NCBI GenBank assembly: GCA_016932045.1 | Contig: JAFGDO010000003.1 | Span: 12,115-76,114, forward strand | Source of the DNA: Candidatus Dojkabacteria bacterium | GTDB lineage: Bacteria > Patescibacteriota > Dojkabacteria > JAHIVN01 | Length of the DNA stretch: 64,000 bases | Direction of reading: 5' to 3' | Shown: one piece after another, positions 19,129 to 28,680 of the stretch | Numbering within the stretch: the first letter of the stretch is position 1 | Layout: each line of letters opens with the position of its first letter | Notes under the pieces: model-generated | What the model was told of the DNA's origin: nothing | What the model saw: the letters and a program-made list of their open reading frames with translations, nothing else | Databases searched by the model: none | Program-made: the position numbers and the translations under genes

Positions 19129-21301
19129 CAACCTTTGTAAGTTCGACTCTAAATATCTTAGTTTCGTCAAGAATATACATAACTCTACCTTCGTTATCAA
19201 CTATTATGTCCTTTATGTTACTCAGATAGTTATTCTCTCCTCTATATATGATCTGTCCGACATATCTTCCCTGATCAGGAGTCAGACTGCCCCCCTTTGT
19301 CACAACAACAACACGCCTATTTGCACTATCTCCAACATAAACGAGAAAATCATCCAGCTCTAAACAGGAAGCATCATTAATAGACTTATCAAGTCCGACC
19401 AAAGCATATGGATCAAGTTTTTCGCCAAAATATCTTACAATACCATCTGCCTGAGTCAGTATATATATCTTGCCATCAATCTCCATGTCTTTCGCCCCTC
19501 CAAACTGTGTACTCGAAAGCCTGAGTTCCGGTAAAGAATAGCCCGAGGAATACTTCGTAATTTTCCTCACATCATTCTTACTAGGTCTAAGTAAGTACAA
19601 TATATTTGTTCCATCTGGAGTAACATAATTATCTATTTCTTTCACTTCGCCAACACTTGTTGAGGATAAACCCGCAAGTCTCTCAACTTTCTTCTCGTCT
19701 AGATGCAATTTTAAAATCCCCTCCCCTCCATCAAAAATTATCATGTCTCCCTCCCCATCGAAAACGATTGAAGACGGAGACCTTAAGTCTGTATCTTCAC
19801 CCACAACACTGTAAACCTCCCCCCCCTCTACACTTAACTCGTAAATAGTAGATAAATTAGGATCAGAAACATACAATCTCGAACCAAGCATAGTCATATC
19901 AGCTGCCTGCGCTCCTTCAATGTAGCCTGCAATATCTGTAATAATATTCCCATCATCAAGCAAAATTACTTTTCGAACGTCATCCATAATAGCATACCCC
20001 TCTTCTTCCTTTGCTCTGATCTCATCAGTCATGATGCCGTACTCTTTTATGCTACTCAGTGATCCTAGCGCCTCTTCCAAAACTGCAACTGCTTCGGCAA
20101 TATTTCCTGCAGCACCAAGATTTCTTCCATTATTAAATTTCTCATCAATATCCGAAAGTACTGCCATTATTTCAGTCTTTTTATCATTCGTATCACTATG
20201 CCTTTGTATACCTCTTATGCTGATGTAAAGCAAACAGACCACAACAATGATAAGAACTATAATCCCTCTAATTGAGGTTTTTGGACCAGCACCTTTAAGA
20301 TACATACCTCTCTTACTCATACCCAGAAGACCTTCCCAGATATGAGTCTTTCCGAATACGAGTAACTTCTGTCCAAATTCTTTAAGTTTTATAAGCACAA
20401 CCTTATATGTCTCTTTATCAGTAACTTTATCCTTTAGATTCTTAATTGAATTTCCTTTCCTTAGGTCATTGTGCCGTTTAGCCTTCTCTAGCTCTTCGTC
20501 CCTCCCGGTTTCTTGAGGGATTTTTAATTTAGACTCCTCATACTCTTTCACAGATACGTCATCTTCTTCCTCAACTTTTGTTTCCTTCTTGCCTATCTGA
20601 TTAATCTTCTCAGACTCAAATTTACTGTCTGTATGCAACAAGGCTTCTCCTGCTTTATTTGAGATTCGGAGTAGTAAGATTCCAAGTAGAGAATCCTGCT
20701 TTACCCCCTTAATACGATCAAAATTAAAATCCCGAACTACATTCTGCATATCCTTTTCCGAGATTGTAAGCCCGCCTTGTGGAGAAAGAAGGACAAAATT
20801 ATCGTTCTCCTTGAACTTCCCGCTTCCCGTTTTAATAAGTCCTCTACCAGAGAGATCCTTTAATCCATCTGATAAACTGATAAGTCTGTCATCCCGTTCT
20901 AGCAATATACTTCCCTCCCCCAAAATAGCCATGTATACATACTCCTTATAGGTCACTAAGGCTTCTATATTCAAGTCAATTCCCGACTCCGCTGCTACTT
21001 CTTCTCTATCAAGTAAATGCTCTAGCCTCTTTGCAGTAGACATAATTGCTTTTTCAAGTCTAGCTATAATGTTTCTCTCATTTCCCTCGTTGTAGTAAAC
21101 ATCTTGGAGATTTTCTGATAGCAGATCTCCTGCCATTCTGCTATCAAATTCCTCTGGAGCGCTCAAACTTATAACAACATAAAGCTTGCCAAATAAGGAA
21201 GCCCTTCCTCCCTCAGTAGGAGTTACAAAAATGCCTGACCATTTCCCTCCTTTTGGATCACCAGTGAAAAATGTTGTATCAAAAGAATATTTTTCTTCCA
21301 T
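19103..21301 (-). CDS. single-pass membrane protein with a cytoplasmic N-domain and an extracellular beta-propeller-like (NHL/YVTN-type repeat) C-domain
   Basis: TM IRGIIVLIIVVVCLLYISI at about aa 330. The C-terminal 390 aa has repeated hydrophobic-G/D-rich blade-like segments (YVSDPNLSTIYEL, IVFDGEGDMIIFDG, YVGDSANRRVVVV). Confidence 0.5.
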   Translation of the reverse strand: MEEKYSFDTTFFTGDPKGGKWSGIFVTPTEGGRASLFGKLYVVISLSAPEEFDSRMAGDLLSENLQDVYYNEGNERNIIARLEKAIMSTAKRLEHLLDREEVAAESGIDLNIEALVTYKEYVYMAILGEGSILLERDDRLISLSDGLKDLSGRGLIKTGSGKFKENDNFVLLSPQGGLTISEKDMQNVVRDFNFDRIKGVKQDSLLGILLLRISNKAGEALLHTDSKFESEKINQIGKKETKVEEEDDVSVKEYEESKLKIPQETGRDEELEKAKRHNDLRKGNSIKNLKDKVTDKETYKVVLIKLKEFGQKLLVFGKTHIWEGLLGMSKRGMYLKGAGPKTSIRGIIVLIIVVVCLLYISIRGIQRHSDTNDKKTEIMAVLSDIDEKFNNGRNLGAAGNIAEAVAVLEEALGSLSSIKEYGIMTDEIRAKEEEGYAIMDDVRKVILLDDGNIITDIAGYIEGAQAADMTMLGSRLYVSDPNLSTIYELSVEGGEVYSVVGEDTDLRSPSSIVFDGEGDMIIFDGGEGILKLHLDEKKVERLAGLSSTSVGEVKEIDNYVTPDGTNILYLLRPSKNDVRKITKYSSGYSLPELRLSSTQFGGAKDMEIDGKIYILTQADGIVRYFGEKLDPYALVGLDKSINDASCLELDDFLVYVGDSANRRVVVVTKGGSLTPDQGRYVGQIIYRGENNYLSNIKDIIVDNEGRVMYILDETKIFRVELTKVDEYKESLE

Positions 21302-21661
21302 CTAGAAAAATTTATACTTAAAAATATCTCGCATAAGCTTATTCTCTAAACTAAGAAAAGTCAGAATTAAACAAGAATTACTATCAAAACCATAACTGCA
21401 AGAACAAGAAAGATATGCAATATACTAAGCAGATTCAAGCATCCTGCAAGTTTTGTCCTTATAGCCCGATTCATCAAGAAAACTTGTCTTGCTATAAGAA
21501 CTGATACAAGAAAATATATAAACAGTAAAACAATTATAAATGTTTTTATAACTAGATGCAGTAAATTTCCTGTTTCCATAATAAAATTTTTACATAAATT
21601 TATTTTCTAACTCCTCCCATATTCAACTGTTGGCAGGTTGGCTTTAGACCAATCGTACTTA

Positions 21662-22282
21662 CTACTTAGGCTTCTTGACCATAAGATCCCTTAGATCCAT
21701 GATCTTGTCTCTTACCCAAGCGGGTTTAGATACCGAAAGAAAATCAAACTCTCTTCTTTCTCCCGCTGTCTGTACATAAACATCACCAAAATTAAAAAGC
21801 ATCGGGAAAAACCCTATATTCTCCTGCGTCGCATCAACTATACTTTCAAGTCCGGCCTCACTTATCTTATGATAAGCAAATGGACTAAAGTCAAAGTCAA
21901 TGACTCGTTCACTTGTAATTACATAAATATTAAAATACCAATCCAAAAACTTCATAAAGGCGTTTGTAATGATCAGTACATACCACATTACAATCGCCGA
22001 CAGAACTTGCCCTCGTGTAAGACTAAAACTCTCATAGATATCCGCATCTATGGCTTTCAAGAATATCAATACTCCTATAGGTATAAGTATAGAGATGGCT
22101 GTCATGACTACCCAACCAAAATTAGTAATAATATGTTTTCTAAGCATAATATAAACCCTTTCGTTTGGATTCTGAGTTTCAAATTCCAGCTTCTCAGGGA
22201 GAATTATAACAGAGCTTATAGCACCGTCCTTTTTCTCAGGTAAGATAGTATGAAGCGATTCTGCTTTGTGAGTCATTTTCAA
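21662..22282 (-). CDS. bacterial PH-domain (YdbS/YdbT-like) membrane protein
   Basis: Two TM helices followed by a PH-like segment ITSERVIDFDFSPF... Confidence 0.45.
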   Translation of the reverse strand: MKMTHKAESLHTILPEKKDGAISSVIILPEKLEFETQNPNERVYIMLRKHIITNFGWVVMTAISILIPIGVLIFLKAIDADIYESFSLTRGQVLSAIVMWYVLIITNAFMKFLDWYFNIYVITSERVIDFDFSPFAYHKISEAGLESIVDATQENIGFFPMLFNFGDVYVQTAGERREFDFLSVSKPAWVRDKIMDLRDLMVKKPK

Positions 22283-22369
22283 GTTATAAGATATAAGCTA
22301 TGAGATATAAGTTAATATTTCTTAGTTGATTTATACCCTCTTCGAATATCTCACGTTGAACGCCTTCAT

Positions 22370-24169
22370 TTAAACCTTCCGGAAATAATAGGTAAGACTA
22401 AAAACCGGATCAACCTCACCAGAAGGTTGTACATTTCCGACCCATAAGTTCCAGATTTCCTTGAATATTTCACCATTTACATCAACCGAACCAGTACTAC
22501 CAATAACTTTTATACGTGCTGCTCTTCCAGAAGCATCACGACTAATTTGAAAATCTGCTAGTGTACCAACAGTATTCAAAAGCTGCCTAACATTTCCCGA
22601 ATTATAATAACCTTTATTTGCATACCACTCAAACATCGATTGGATCTCAGAAAGAGAATAACTATTTGTCCTCCACATCCAATCTGTATACGGCCCTTTT
22701 GCTGCAAAAGAAGAATCGTTAACAGACTGCAACCAAGAGAACCCACCACCGCAATTCCCATGGAAGTCCCAACACCAAGCCGGATTCCTATGAGTACCCG
22801 TACCCCAGCCATTATTATTATCAGATGAGTAATAAGCCTTTATAGTTGTTCCCCCTACTTGCAGGACCTTACCACTAGTCTCGTCAGCAGCCCATCTCTT
22901 GCCTTGCCCTCCTTTATAAACCTGGCATGCCGCACTAGTGCAAATAGGCCCACCATAAGCTACACCATACGAACGAGCCACTATCACCTGCGCCTTTACA
23001 GACTCCTCTGGCCAACAGTCCCATATAGAATTAGGATTGTCCAAGACATATTTATCTGGTCGTGAATTTACTTGAGCTTGCGAGCCGCACGCTTTATCAG
23101 GGATCTCCCCAAGTCCTGCAACATAATCCTCAATATTCATGGTACCATAGCCTATTACTTCAATTGTTCCTGAAACGTGACCAATGTATGAGCCTTGATA
23201 ATAAAAAGTCGCAATACTATCTGCCGGCATTCCGTGCTGCGCTCCTCCAAAAGCTCCATACTGAGAAAACCCCAGCCCGTGCCCTTGATATAAAGACCTG
23301 CCTCTCCCATAAAAGTAAAAGTCACCCGGTTCCAAAGGTTTTGTCCCACCATTCGCATCCCCAATAAGAGTATTCTCCTCTTCGATAATTCTTCGGTGCT
23401 CTTCTGTAAGTCCCTCAATCTGCTGTTCAACAGCTCCCATCTCCGCTCTTATACCTTCTTGTTTCCCGACACTGTAAGCAGCCATGGAAGCAAAATAAGA
23501 CTGCTGACTTTCAAGTTCAGCAATCCTTCCTGCTAACTTCTGATTCTCCTCATCTAAAAGTGCAATACTTCTCTCAATCTCTGCCCTCTCTTCTTTTAGA
23601 CTTTCTACTTCTAATGCTACCGATTCCACGCCAGCCAAATCATTATCAAGAATTGTTTCCCGATACTTATAATCTTTCCAGAATCCTTCCACCTCTCCAT
23701 TCTCTAACATTACATCTACAATACTCTGTCTGTTATAGATATAAAGATCCACCATTTTAACGTTCATTATTTTTTCGTTCTGTTCAAGTTCAAGTTCGCG
23801 AATCTTTAGTTCCTGATTATATTTTTCCAGTTCTGCTTGGTTTACATTCATTTCAGCCTCAAGCTGTTTCAGCTCAAATCCCACTCTCTCAATCTCTGAA
23901 CCAGCACTATTCTTCTGTGCTTCATAATAACTCGCCATCTCCTCAGCCTCCTGTAAACCTGCCTCAAGATTTTCTAGCTCACTTTGCTTGTCTTCTAGCT
24001 CTTTTTCAATTTCTTCAGCAGTTTTTCCATACACAGGGAAAATACTTACTAAACAAAAAGCCATAATGACCAATATAAATATTGGAAACTTAACACTTTT
24101 AAGGGTTTTGATAGACAGAATTTGGGTCATTTTAAATATAAACCAAATCTGCTTCACAATGGAAAGCAA
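22370..24169 (-). CDS. SpoIID/LytB-domain cell-wall protein with N-terminal signal/TM and long coiled-coil
   Basis: E/L/Q-rich coiled-coil (aa 50-270). C-terminal SpoIID-type region AQVIVARSYGVAYG...CTSAACQVYKGG. Confidence 0.65.
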   Translation of the reverse strand: MLSIVKQIWFIFKMTQILSIKTLKSVKFPIFILVIMAFCLVSIFPVYGKTAEEIEKELEDKQSELENLEAGLQEAEEMASYYEAQKNSAGSEIERVGFELKQLEAEMNVNQAELEKYNQELKIRELELEQNEKIMNVKMVDLYIYNRQSIVDVMLENGEVEGFWKDYKYRETILDNDLAGVESVALEVESLKEERAEIERSIALLDEENQKLAGRIAELESQQSYFASMAAYSVGKQEGIRAEMGAVEQQIEGLTEEHRRIIEEENTLIGDANGGTKPLEPGDFYFYGRGRSLYQGHGLGFSQYGAFGGAQHGMPADSIATFYYQGSYIGHVSGTIEVIGYGTMNIEDYVAGLGEIPDKACGSQAQVNSRPDKYVLDNPNSIWDCWPEESVKAQVIVARSYGVAYGGPICTSAACQVYKGGQGKRWAADETSGKVLQVGGTTIKAYYSSDNNNGWGTGTHRNPAWCWDFHGNCGGGFSWLQSVNDSSFAAKGPYTDWMWRTNSYSLSEIQSMFEWYANKGYYNSGNVRQLLNTVGTLADFQISRDASGRAARIKVIGSTGSVDVNGEIFKEIWNLWVGNVQPSGEVDPVFSLTYYFRKV

Positions 24170-24302
24170 GTTTGGAGCTTTTAGAATTTATAGCCTCTGC
24201 ATCTATTATCTTATATTTAGGAAAAAATCTCAACAAAATGATGGAAAAAATTGCATATTACGAGGATAGTATATTCAATCATTCATATTTGCAGCATGAA
24301 CG

Positions 24303-24803
24303 TTAAAAGTGACTAACCTCTGAAACATCACATGCTCCAGGAAAGAAAAACTGGAAAACCGGAGAATCTCCCATTCCAGCGGCCGCGTCAAAACATTTAT
24401 TTGGATCTCTCAAACCTAAAAGACTCATCACAAGCCTTACAGCAAGATAACCACCAAAAACAAGTGCAAAACTAAAAACAACATTCTTTCCTCTTGTTTT
24501 TAATTCAGTTAGTTTCTGCTCATCCCCTCCGCTTAACATCCACTGAACACCTATAGATCCAACAACAAACATAAAATAAGGAATCGATAGAACCCAAATA
24601 GCGATAATCACATTTACAAAGATAGACTCGGCTTCGCGCAACCTCATCGGTTCGGCATAAATATCAGCTGCAAAAACCTTTGTATTAATCTGAGTTAGAA
24701 AAACAGTAAACCCCGTTGCAAAAGTCATTATTATTTTTTTTGCCTTTTTCATCAATGGATTAAGCAATGAATTATAATAAACGAATTGAGTCGTCTTATT
24801 CAT
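24303..24803 (-). CDS. VirB2/TrbC-like T4SS pilin-family paralogue
   Basis: Signal/TM, then a TM1 - SGGDEQKLTELKTRGK loop - TM2 module shared with five other ORFs in 26.4-29.8 kb. Confidence 0.5.
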   Translation of the reverse strand: MNKTTQFVYYNSLLNPLMKKAKKIIMTFATGFTVFLTQINTKVFAADIYAEPMRLREAESIFVNVIIAIWVLSIPYFMFVVGSIGVQWMLSGGDEQKLTELKTRGKNVVFSFALVFGGYLAVRLVMSLLGLRDPNKCFDAAAGMGDSPVFQFFFPGACDVSEVSHF

Positions 24804-24858
24804 AATTTAACTACAAATACGTATAAAATACAAGCTAGAAGCTCCTGCCAGGCTAAAG

Positions 24859-26433
24859 TTGAGCTTTCACACATACTTGTCTACTTTTTTAAAAATAGTA
24901 AAATTAGGAAGACACATAGATATGATAGAAAAAATACATAGCATAACTGAATATTTAAATAGACAACCTCTTTTATATGTTGGGCTAATACTTCTTGTTG
25001 CTTCTTTTTTGCTTTTTATCCCTAATGACCCTGATTTCCCCTGGCATCTTAAGTATGGAGAATTAACACTTGAACAAGGGCCAATATCACACGATCCATA
25101 TTCGCACACATTCGCAGACTATACTTTTTACGACTATCAATGGTTCACACATGTCCTCATGTACACCTTTTATAAACTAGGTGGTTTCACACTTGTTGCG
25201 ATATTGTATGGCGTAATTGTTCTTGCTGCCCTACTCTTTAGCGTGAATACTCCTATAAAGAAAGTTGTCACAAATAAAAGCAAGATAATACTACTGTTAG
25301 TGGGATTACTTGCTGTGAAACCGATTATCGGCATAAGACCTCAAATGGCATCCGTTCTCGGGATAGCTATCGTTTACTTCCTTACGATAAAATATCTTAG
25401 AACCAAAAGTAAGACAGTATTTCTCATACCTTTAGTAATACTCATCTGGGCAAATCTTCATCCCGGTTTTCTTTCAGGAATTATGGTTCTTCTTATTATT
25501 ATATTTTCTGAGATTTTAAAAGTAATACTAAGAAAGTTAGGAGTGTCACAAAAGCAAGACCCCTTTTATGAGAAAAAACCTCCAAGTTTTAAAATACTAA
25601 TCCTAGTACTTATTCTTTCATCTTGCGCTACCCTTTGCACTCCATTCTTCTATAATATAGTTAAACAGTCGGTACTTTTCTCACTAGACGCCTATGCCCA
25701 AGAGCACATAGTTGAATGGCTTGGCGTTAACTTTCAGGAATTGACTGGAAAATTTATTGTCATCTACATGCTGATCACAGTGGCATCAATATTTAGAAGG
25801 AAGTTTATGAACTTAACCGAGGTTCTGATTGTGGCAGTCTTCGGTTTCATGGCGCTACAAAGTGTACGCCATATACCGCTTTTTGTCATCGTTTCGATTC
25901 CAAGTATACTCGCAAGCCCTGATTGGAAGTTTTTAAACCGACTTGATAAGTTCAAGTCAACGTTCTGGCTATTTACAAAAAGTTCCTTTTTGACCGCAGG
26001 ACTTTTAGTTTTCCTATTTACTACTTTTCAATTTTTTATAATCAACTCGGACAGGAAGGCAATATACGGAGAAGTAAAATACCCTTATGAGGCTGTGCAA
26101 TTCCTAAAGGAAAAAAATTATGAGGGGAATATCTTTAATAATTACGGCTGGGGTGGTTTTTTAATATGGGAGTATCCTGAAAAAAAGACATTTGTCGATG
26201 GACGTATGACAAGTTGGCGAATAGATCATGTTTCTATCCTTGAGGAATATGTAGATCTTTCCGATCTTCTAACTCCAGACTGGCAGGAAAAGTTACAGCA
26301 ATATGAAGTAAGAATTATTCTTTCAGATACCTCTACTCCCTTATGCAACGTGCTTAGAAACTCTAGTGACTGGGAGCTTGTGTATGAAGACGACCTTTCA
26401 GTAGTACTCTATAAAAAAGAGCCTTACGAGTAA
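24859..26433 (+). CDS. polytopic membrane protein with C-terminal soluble domain (GT-C-like topology; possible glycosyltransferase)
   Basis: 524 aa. About 11 TM helices over aa 30-400, then a roughly 120-aa hydrophilic domain. Topology guess only. Confidence 0.45.
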   Translation: MSFHTYLSTFLKIVKLGRHIDMIEKIHSITEYLNRQPLLYVGLILLVASFLLFIPNDPDFPWHLKYGELTLEQGPISHDPYSHTFADYTFYDYQWFTHVLMYTFYKLGGFTLVAILYGVIVLAALLFSVNTPIKKVVTNKSKIILLLVGLLAVKPIIGIRPQMASVLGIAIVYFLTIKYLRTKSKTVFLIPLVILIWANLHPGFLSGIMVLLIIIFSEILKVILRKLGVSQKQDPFYEKKPPSFKILILVLILSSCATLCTPFFYNIVKQSVLFSLDAYAQEHIVEWLGVNFQELTGKFIVIYMLITVASIFRRKFMNLTEVLIVAVFGFMALQSVRHIPLFVIVSIPSILASPDWKFLNRLDKFKSTFWLFTKSSFLTAGLLVFLFTTFQFFIINSDRKAIYGEVKYPYEAVQFLKEKNYEGNIFNNYGWGGFLIWEYPEKKTFVDGRMTSWRIDHVSILEEYVDLSDLLTPDWQEKLQQYEVRIILSDTSTPLCNVLRNSSDWELVYEDDLSVVLYKKEPYE

Positions 26434-26465
26434 GGCTCTTCCAAATGACTTATTTAATAAAGAAT

Positions 26466-26927
26466 TTATGTTCCACTAGGCTTATTATTTACGTTTAGAG
26501 CATTATTAAATTCACCTCCGGCTCCGAATAGCCACAATACAACAAAAATTCCAACAATAGCTATAATCATTGCTGCAAACCCCATAAGTATTGCTTTCAC
26601 GGCGGCCTTTGATTCTTCTAGTTTAGATGCATCACCCTGGCTCGACATGAATTTAATTCCGGCCATAGCCGAATATATGATTGCAACGATAAAAACAACA
26701 ACAAAAAGGATCGTTAGTCCCCATTGAACTCTAACCTTTGCCCATGCAACAGGTCCTTCTTGTCCAGTTCCAAGTCCAAGGCCTGAAATAATTTTTTCTA
26801 TCCAATCAGGAACATAGTCTTGTGCATATACCGGATTTGCTGCATTAAAAAGTACAGCTCCAGCCACACCTGCAAAAATTGAAGCTTTCGAGAGTGTTTT
26901 AACTACTACATCTTTTACTCTTTCCAT
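26466..26927 (-). CDS. VirB2/TrbC-like T4SS pilin-family paralogue
   Basis: Signal peptide (AAN..VYAQ), TM1 ILFVVVFIVAIIYSAMAGI, loop KFMSSQGDASKLEESKAAVK, TM2 AILMGFAAMIIAIVGIFVV. Confidence 0.55.
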   Translation of the reverse strand: MERVKDVVVKTLSKASIFAGVAGAVLFNAANPVYAQDYVPDWIEKIISGLGLGTGQEGPVAWAKVRVQWGLTILFVVVFIVAIIYSAMAGIKFMSSQGDASKLEESKAAVKAILMGFAAMIIAIVGIFVVLWLFGAGGEFNNALNVNNKPSGT

Positions 26928-26999
26928 TATGTGTATATAACTAAAATAAACATTTAGATTTTATCAAATCTAACACAGATAAGTAAAGTTTGCAACATA

Positions 27000-27677
27000 T
27001 TAGTTACAAGACCAGTCAGAAGCTCCTTCAGAACACTCGCACTCACAGTCAGAATAAACATCTCCGCACTGGTCAGTTTTAGATTCATATTGCACATGAT
27101 CACCACAGACTGCAAGATTTTGGGCAAGATCAAACACACTCCCAACTCCAATTAGCCACGTTACAACACTTACGCCTATAAAGACAACTACAACAACCAT
27201 AAGACCCTTAAAGGCATTTGAAACCCATTTTCTTGCACTTTGAACCTTAGTTTCTTCTCCCATACTACTCATCCATCTAATTGCCCCTATCCCAATTGCA
27301 ACTATAAACGCAACAAAAAGAATAGCTGTGAAAAAAGTATATAAAAAAGCAATGATGGACCAAATACTAGCTGTGCCCTCCATACTCCAAAAGTTGACCG
27401 GCTTCAAAATATTTAAAACCAAACCTCCAGAACCAAATACTTTCTCTAGCCAATCATCACCATCAACTGGAATTATAACTTCGCCTTCAGATTTCTGCGT
27501 TGAGATTTCGCAACATACTTGCCCACTTGCACAAGGCTCGCATAAACTAGAATCTGCAGGCACATCGCATTGGCTCTCGTACCGACACCCATAGTAGCCT
27601 GCTTCAGCAACCCGTGGCTGAAAAGCCCCAACGACCAAAAATAAAGTAATGATTATGATAAATGTTATTCTCTTCAT
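27000..27677 (-). CDS. cysteine-rich secreted domain fused to VirB2/TrbC-like pilin module
   Basis: Signal peptide, then GYYGCRYESQCD...CEPCASGQVCCE. Pilin module TM1 - SSMGEETKVQSARK - TM2. Additional C-terminal Cys cluster CGDVYSDCECECSEG. Confidence 0.55.
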   Translation of the reverse strand: MKRITFIIIITLFLVVGAFQPRVAEAGYYGCRYESQCDVPADSSLCEPCASGQVCCEISTQKSEGEVIIPVDGDDWLEKVFGSGGLVLNILKPVNFWSMEGTASIWSIIAFLYTFFTAILFVAFIVAIGIGAIRWMSSMGEETKVQSARKWVSNAFKGLMVVVVVFIGVSVVTWLIGVGSVFDLAQNLAVCGDHVQYESKTDQCGDVYSDCECECSEGASDWSCN

Positions 27678-27711
27678 ATTGTTTACTTAATTTATAATGG
27701 CAATGTGAATT

Positions 27712-28266
27712 CTAGCTCCCAAGGATTTCATCAAGAAAAGAAAAATCTGTGATGTTGACACCAAGGATTCCTGCCATAACACCTAGAATTACAAGAAAGC
27801 CAAATGTTATCACAATAGCCATTAGTCCATTCTTTATTACCTTTTTTGCCTTCTGAAGCTTTTCTTCGCTGTCTCCCGCTGTTATCCATAAAAAGCCGCC
27901 GTATCCAATAACTCCGACAAGACCTGCAACTAACGCTGATATAGCTACAATTATTAATGTTTTGATAAATGTTTTTATATACGAAACATCAACATCTATA
28001 CCTATGAGACGAAAACTTTCCGGAGGCCCATCGTCTCCCCAAATCTTCGTTCCCCAACCTTCAAATGCTTCACAACACACCATACCACTTGGGCAATCCC
28101 CTCCACAATTTGATACCGCCACTTGCTTATCGGCACTGCACTGGCTTTCCCACTGACAAGTATATCCCGCCGCATGTACAGGATTAAATCGGCCAAATGA
28201 AACAATACAGAAAACAGTCGTCAGTAAGACTAAAATAGCTTTTTTCTTCATTTTATTTTTTCTCAA
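27712..28266 (-). CDS. cysteine-rich secreted domain fused to VirB2/TrbC-like pilin module (paralogue of 27000-27677)
   Basis: Signal peptide, then GYTCQWESQCSADKQVAVSNCGGDCPSGMVCCE with the same Cys spacing as its neighbour. Pilin module TM1 - AGDSEEKLQKAKK - TM2. Confidence 0.55.
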   Translation of the reverse strand: MRKNKMKKKAILVLLTTVFCIVSFGRFNPVHAAGYTCQWESQCSADKQVAVSNCGGDCPSGMVCCEAFEGWGTKIWGDDGPPESFRLIGIDVDVSYIKTFIKTLIIVAISALVAGLVGVIGYGGFLWITAGDSEEKLQKAKKVIKNGLMAIVITFGFLVILGVMAGILGVNITDFSFLDEILGS

Positions 28267-28610
28267 CTTACAAGAGTTCCCTGAACTCCAAGTAAACTAG
28301 CAAGAACTTTTACTATTAATGGGGCCAATGCAATAATTGCAAATCCTACTGCTGCTGCAGTAGCAATTTTCATACTCTTTGCCTCTTTCTCAGGATTTCC
28401 ACCCGCTGTCATACGAACGAATCCAGCATAGATAACGCTAAAAATAAACCCAAGTACAGCAAGCGGCGTTACAACACCACTCACTTTAGTTATAAGTTCG
28501 CCTATACTTTCAAGTGTAATGGGACTAGGAATAGATATAGCAAAAACAGGAGTATAACCAAGGATAAAAAACAATATAGTGAGTATTAAAATTTTTACTG
28601 TTTTTCTCAT
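28263..28610 (-). CDS. minimal VirB2/TrbC-like T4SS pilin
   Basis: 115 aa. Signal peptide, TM1 VVTPLAVLGFIFSVIYAGFV, loop RMTAGGNPEKEAKSMK, TM2 IATAAAVGFAIIALAPLIV. Four-nt ATGA overlap with the downstream gene suggests an operon. Confidence 0.55.
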   Translation of the reverse strand: MRKTVKILILTILFFILGYTPVFAISIPSPITLESIGELITKVSGVVTPLAVLGFIFSVIYAGFVRMTAGGNPEKEAKSMKIATAAAVGFAIIALAPLIVKVLASLLGVQGTLVS

Positions 28611-28680
28611 TTTATGAAAAAGTTAATCTTAGATGAAGATAGTTATTTAAAACATAAATATCGATCTTCTTGTTCCCCGA

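Noticed and set aside
21367-21579. 70-aa hydrophobic ORF
   Set aside because: It could be a real small membrane protein, but the AT-rich spacer readily yields such ORFs and there is no supporting motif. Left uncalled.
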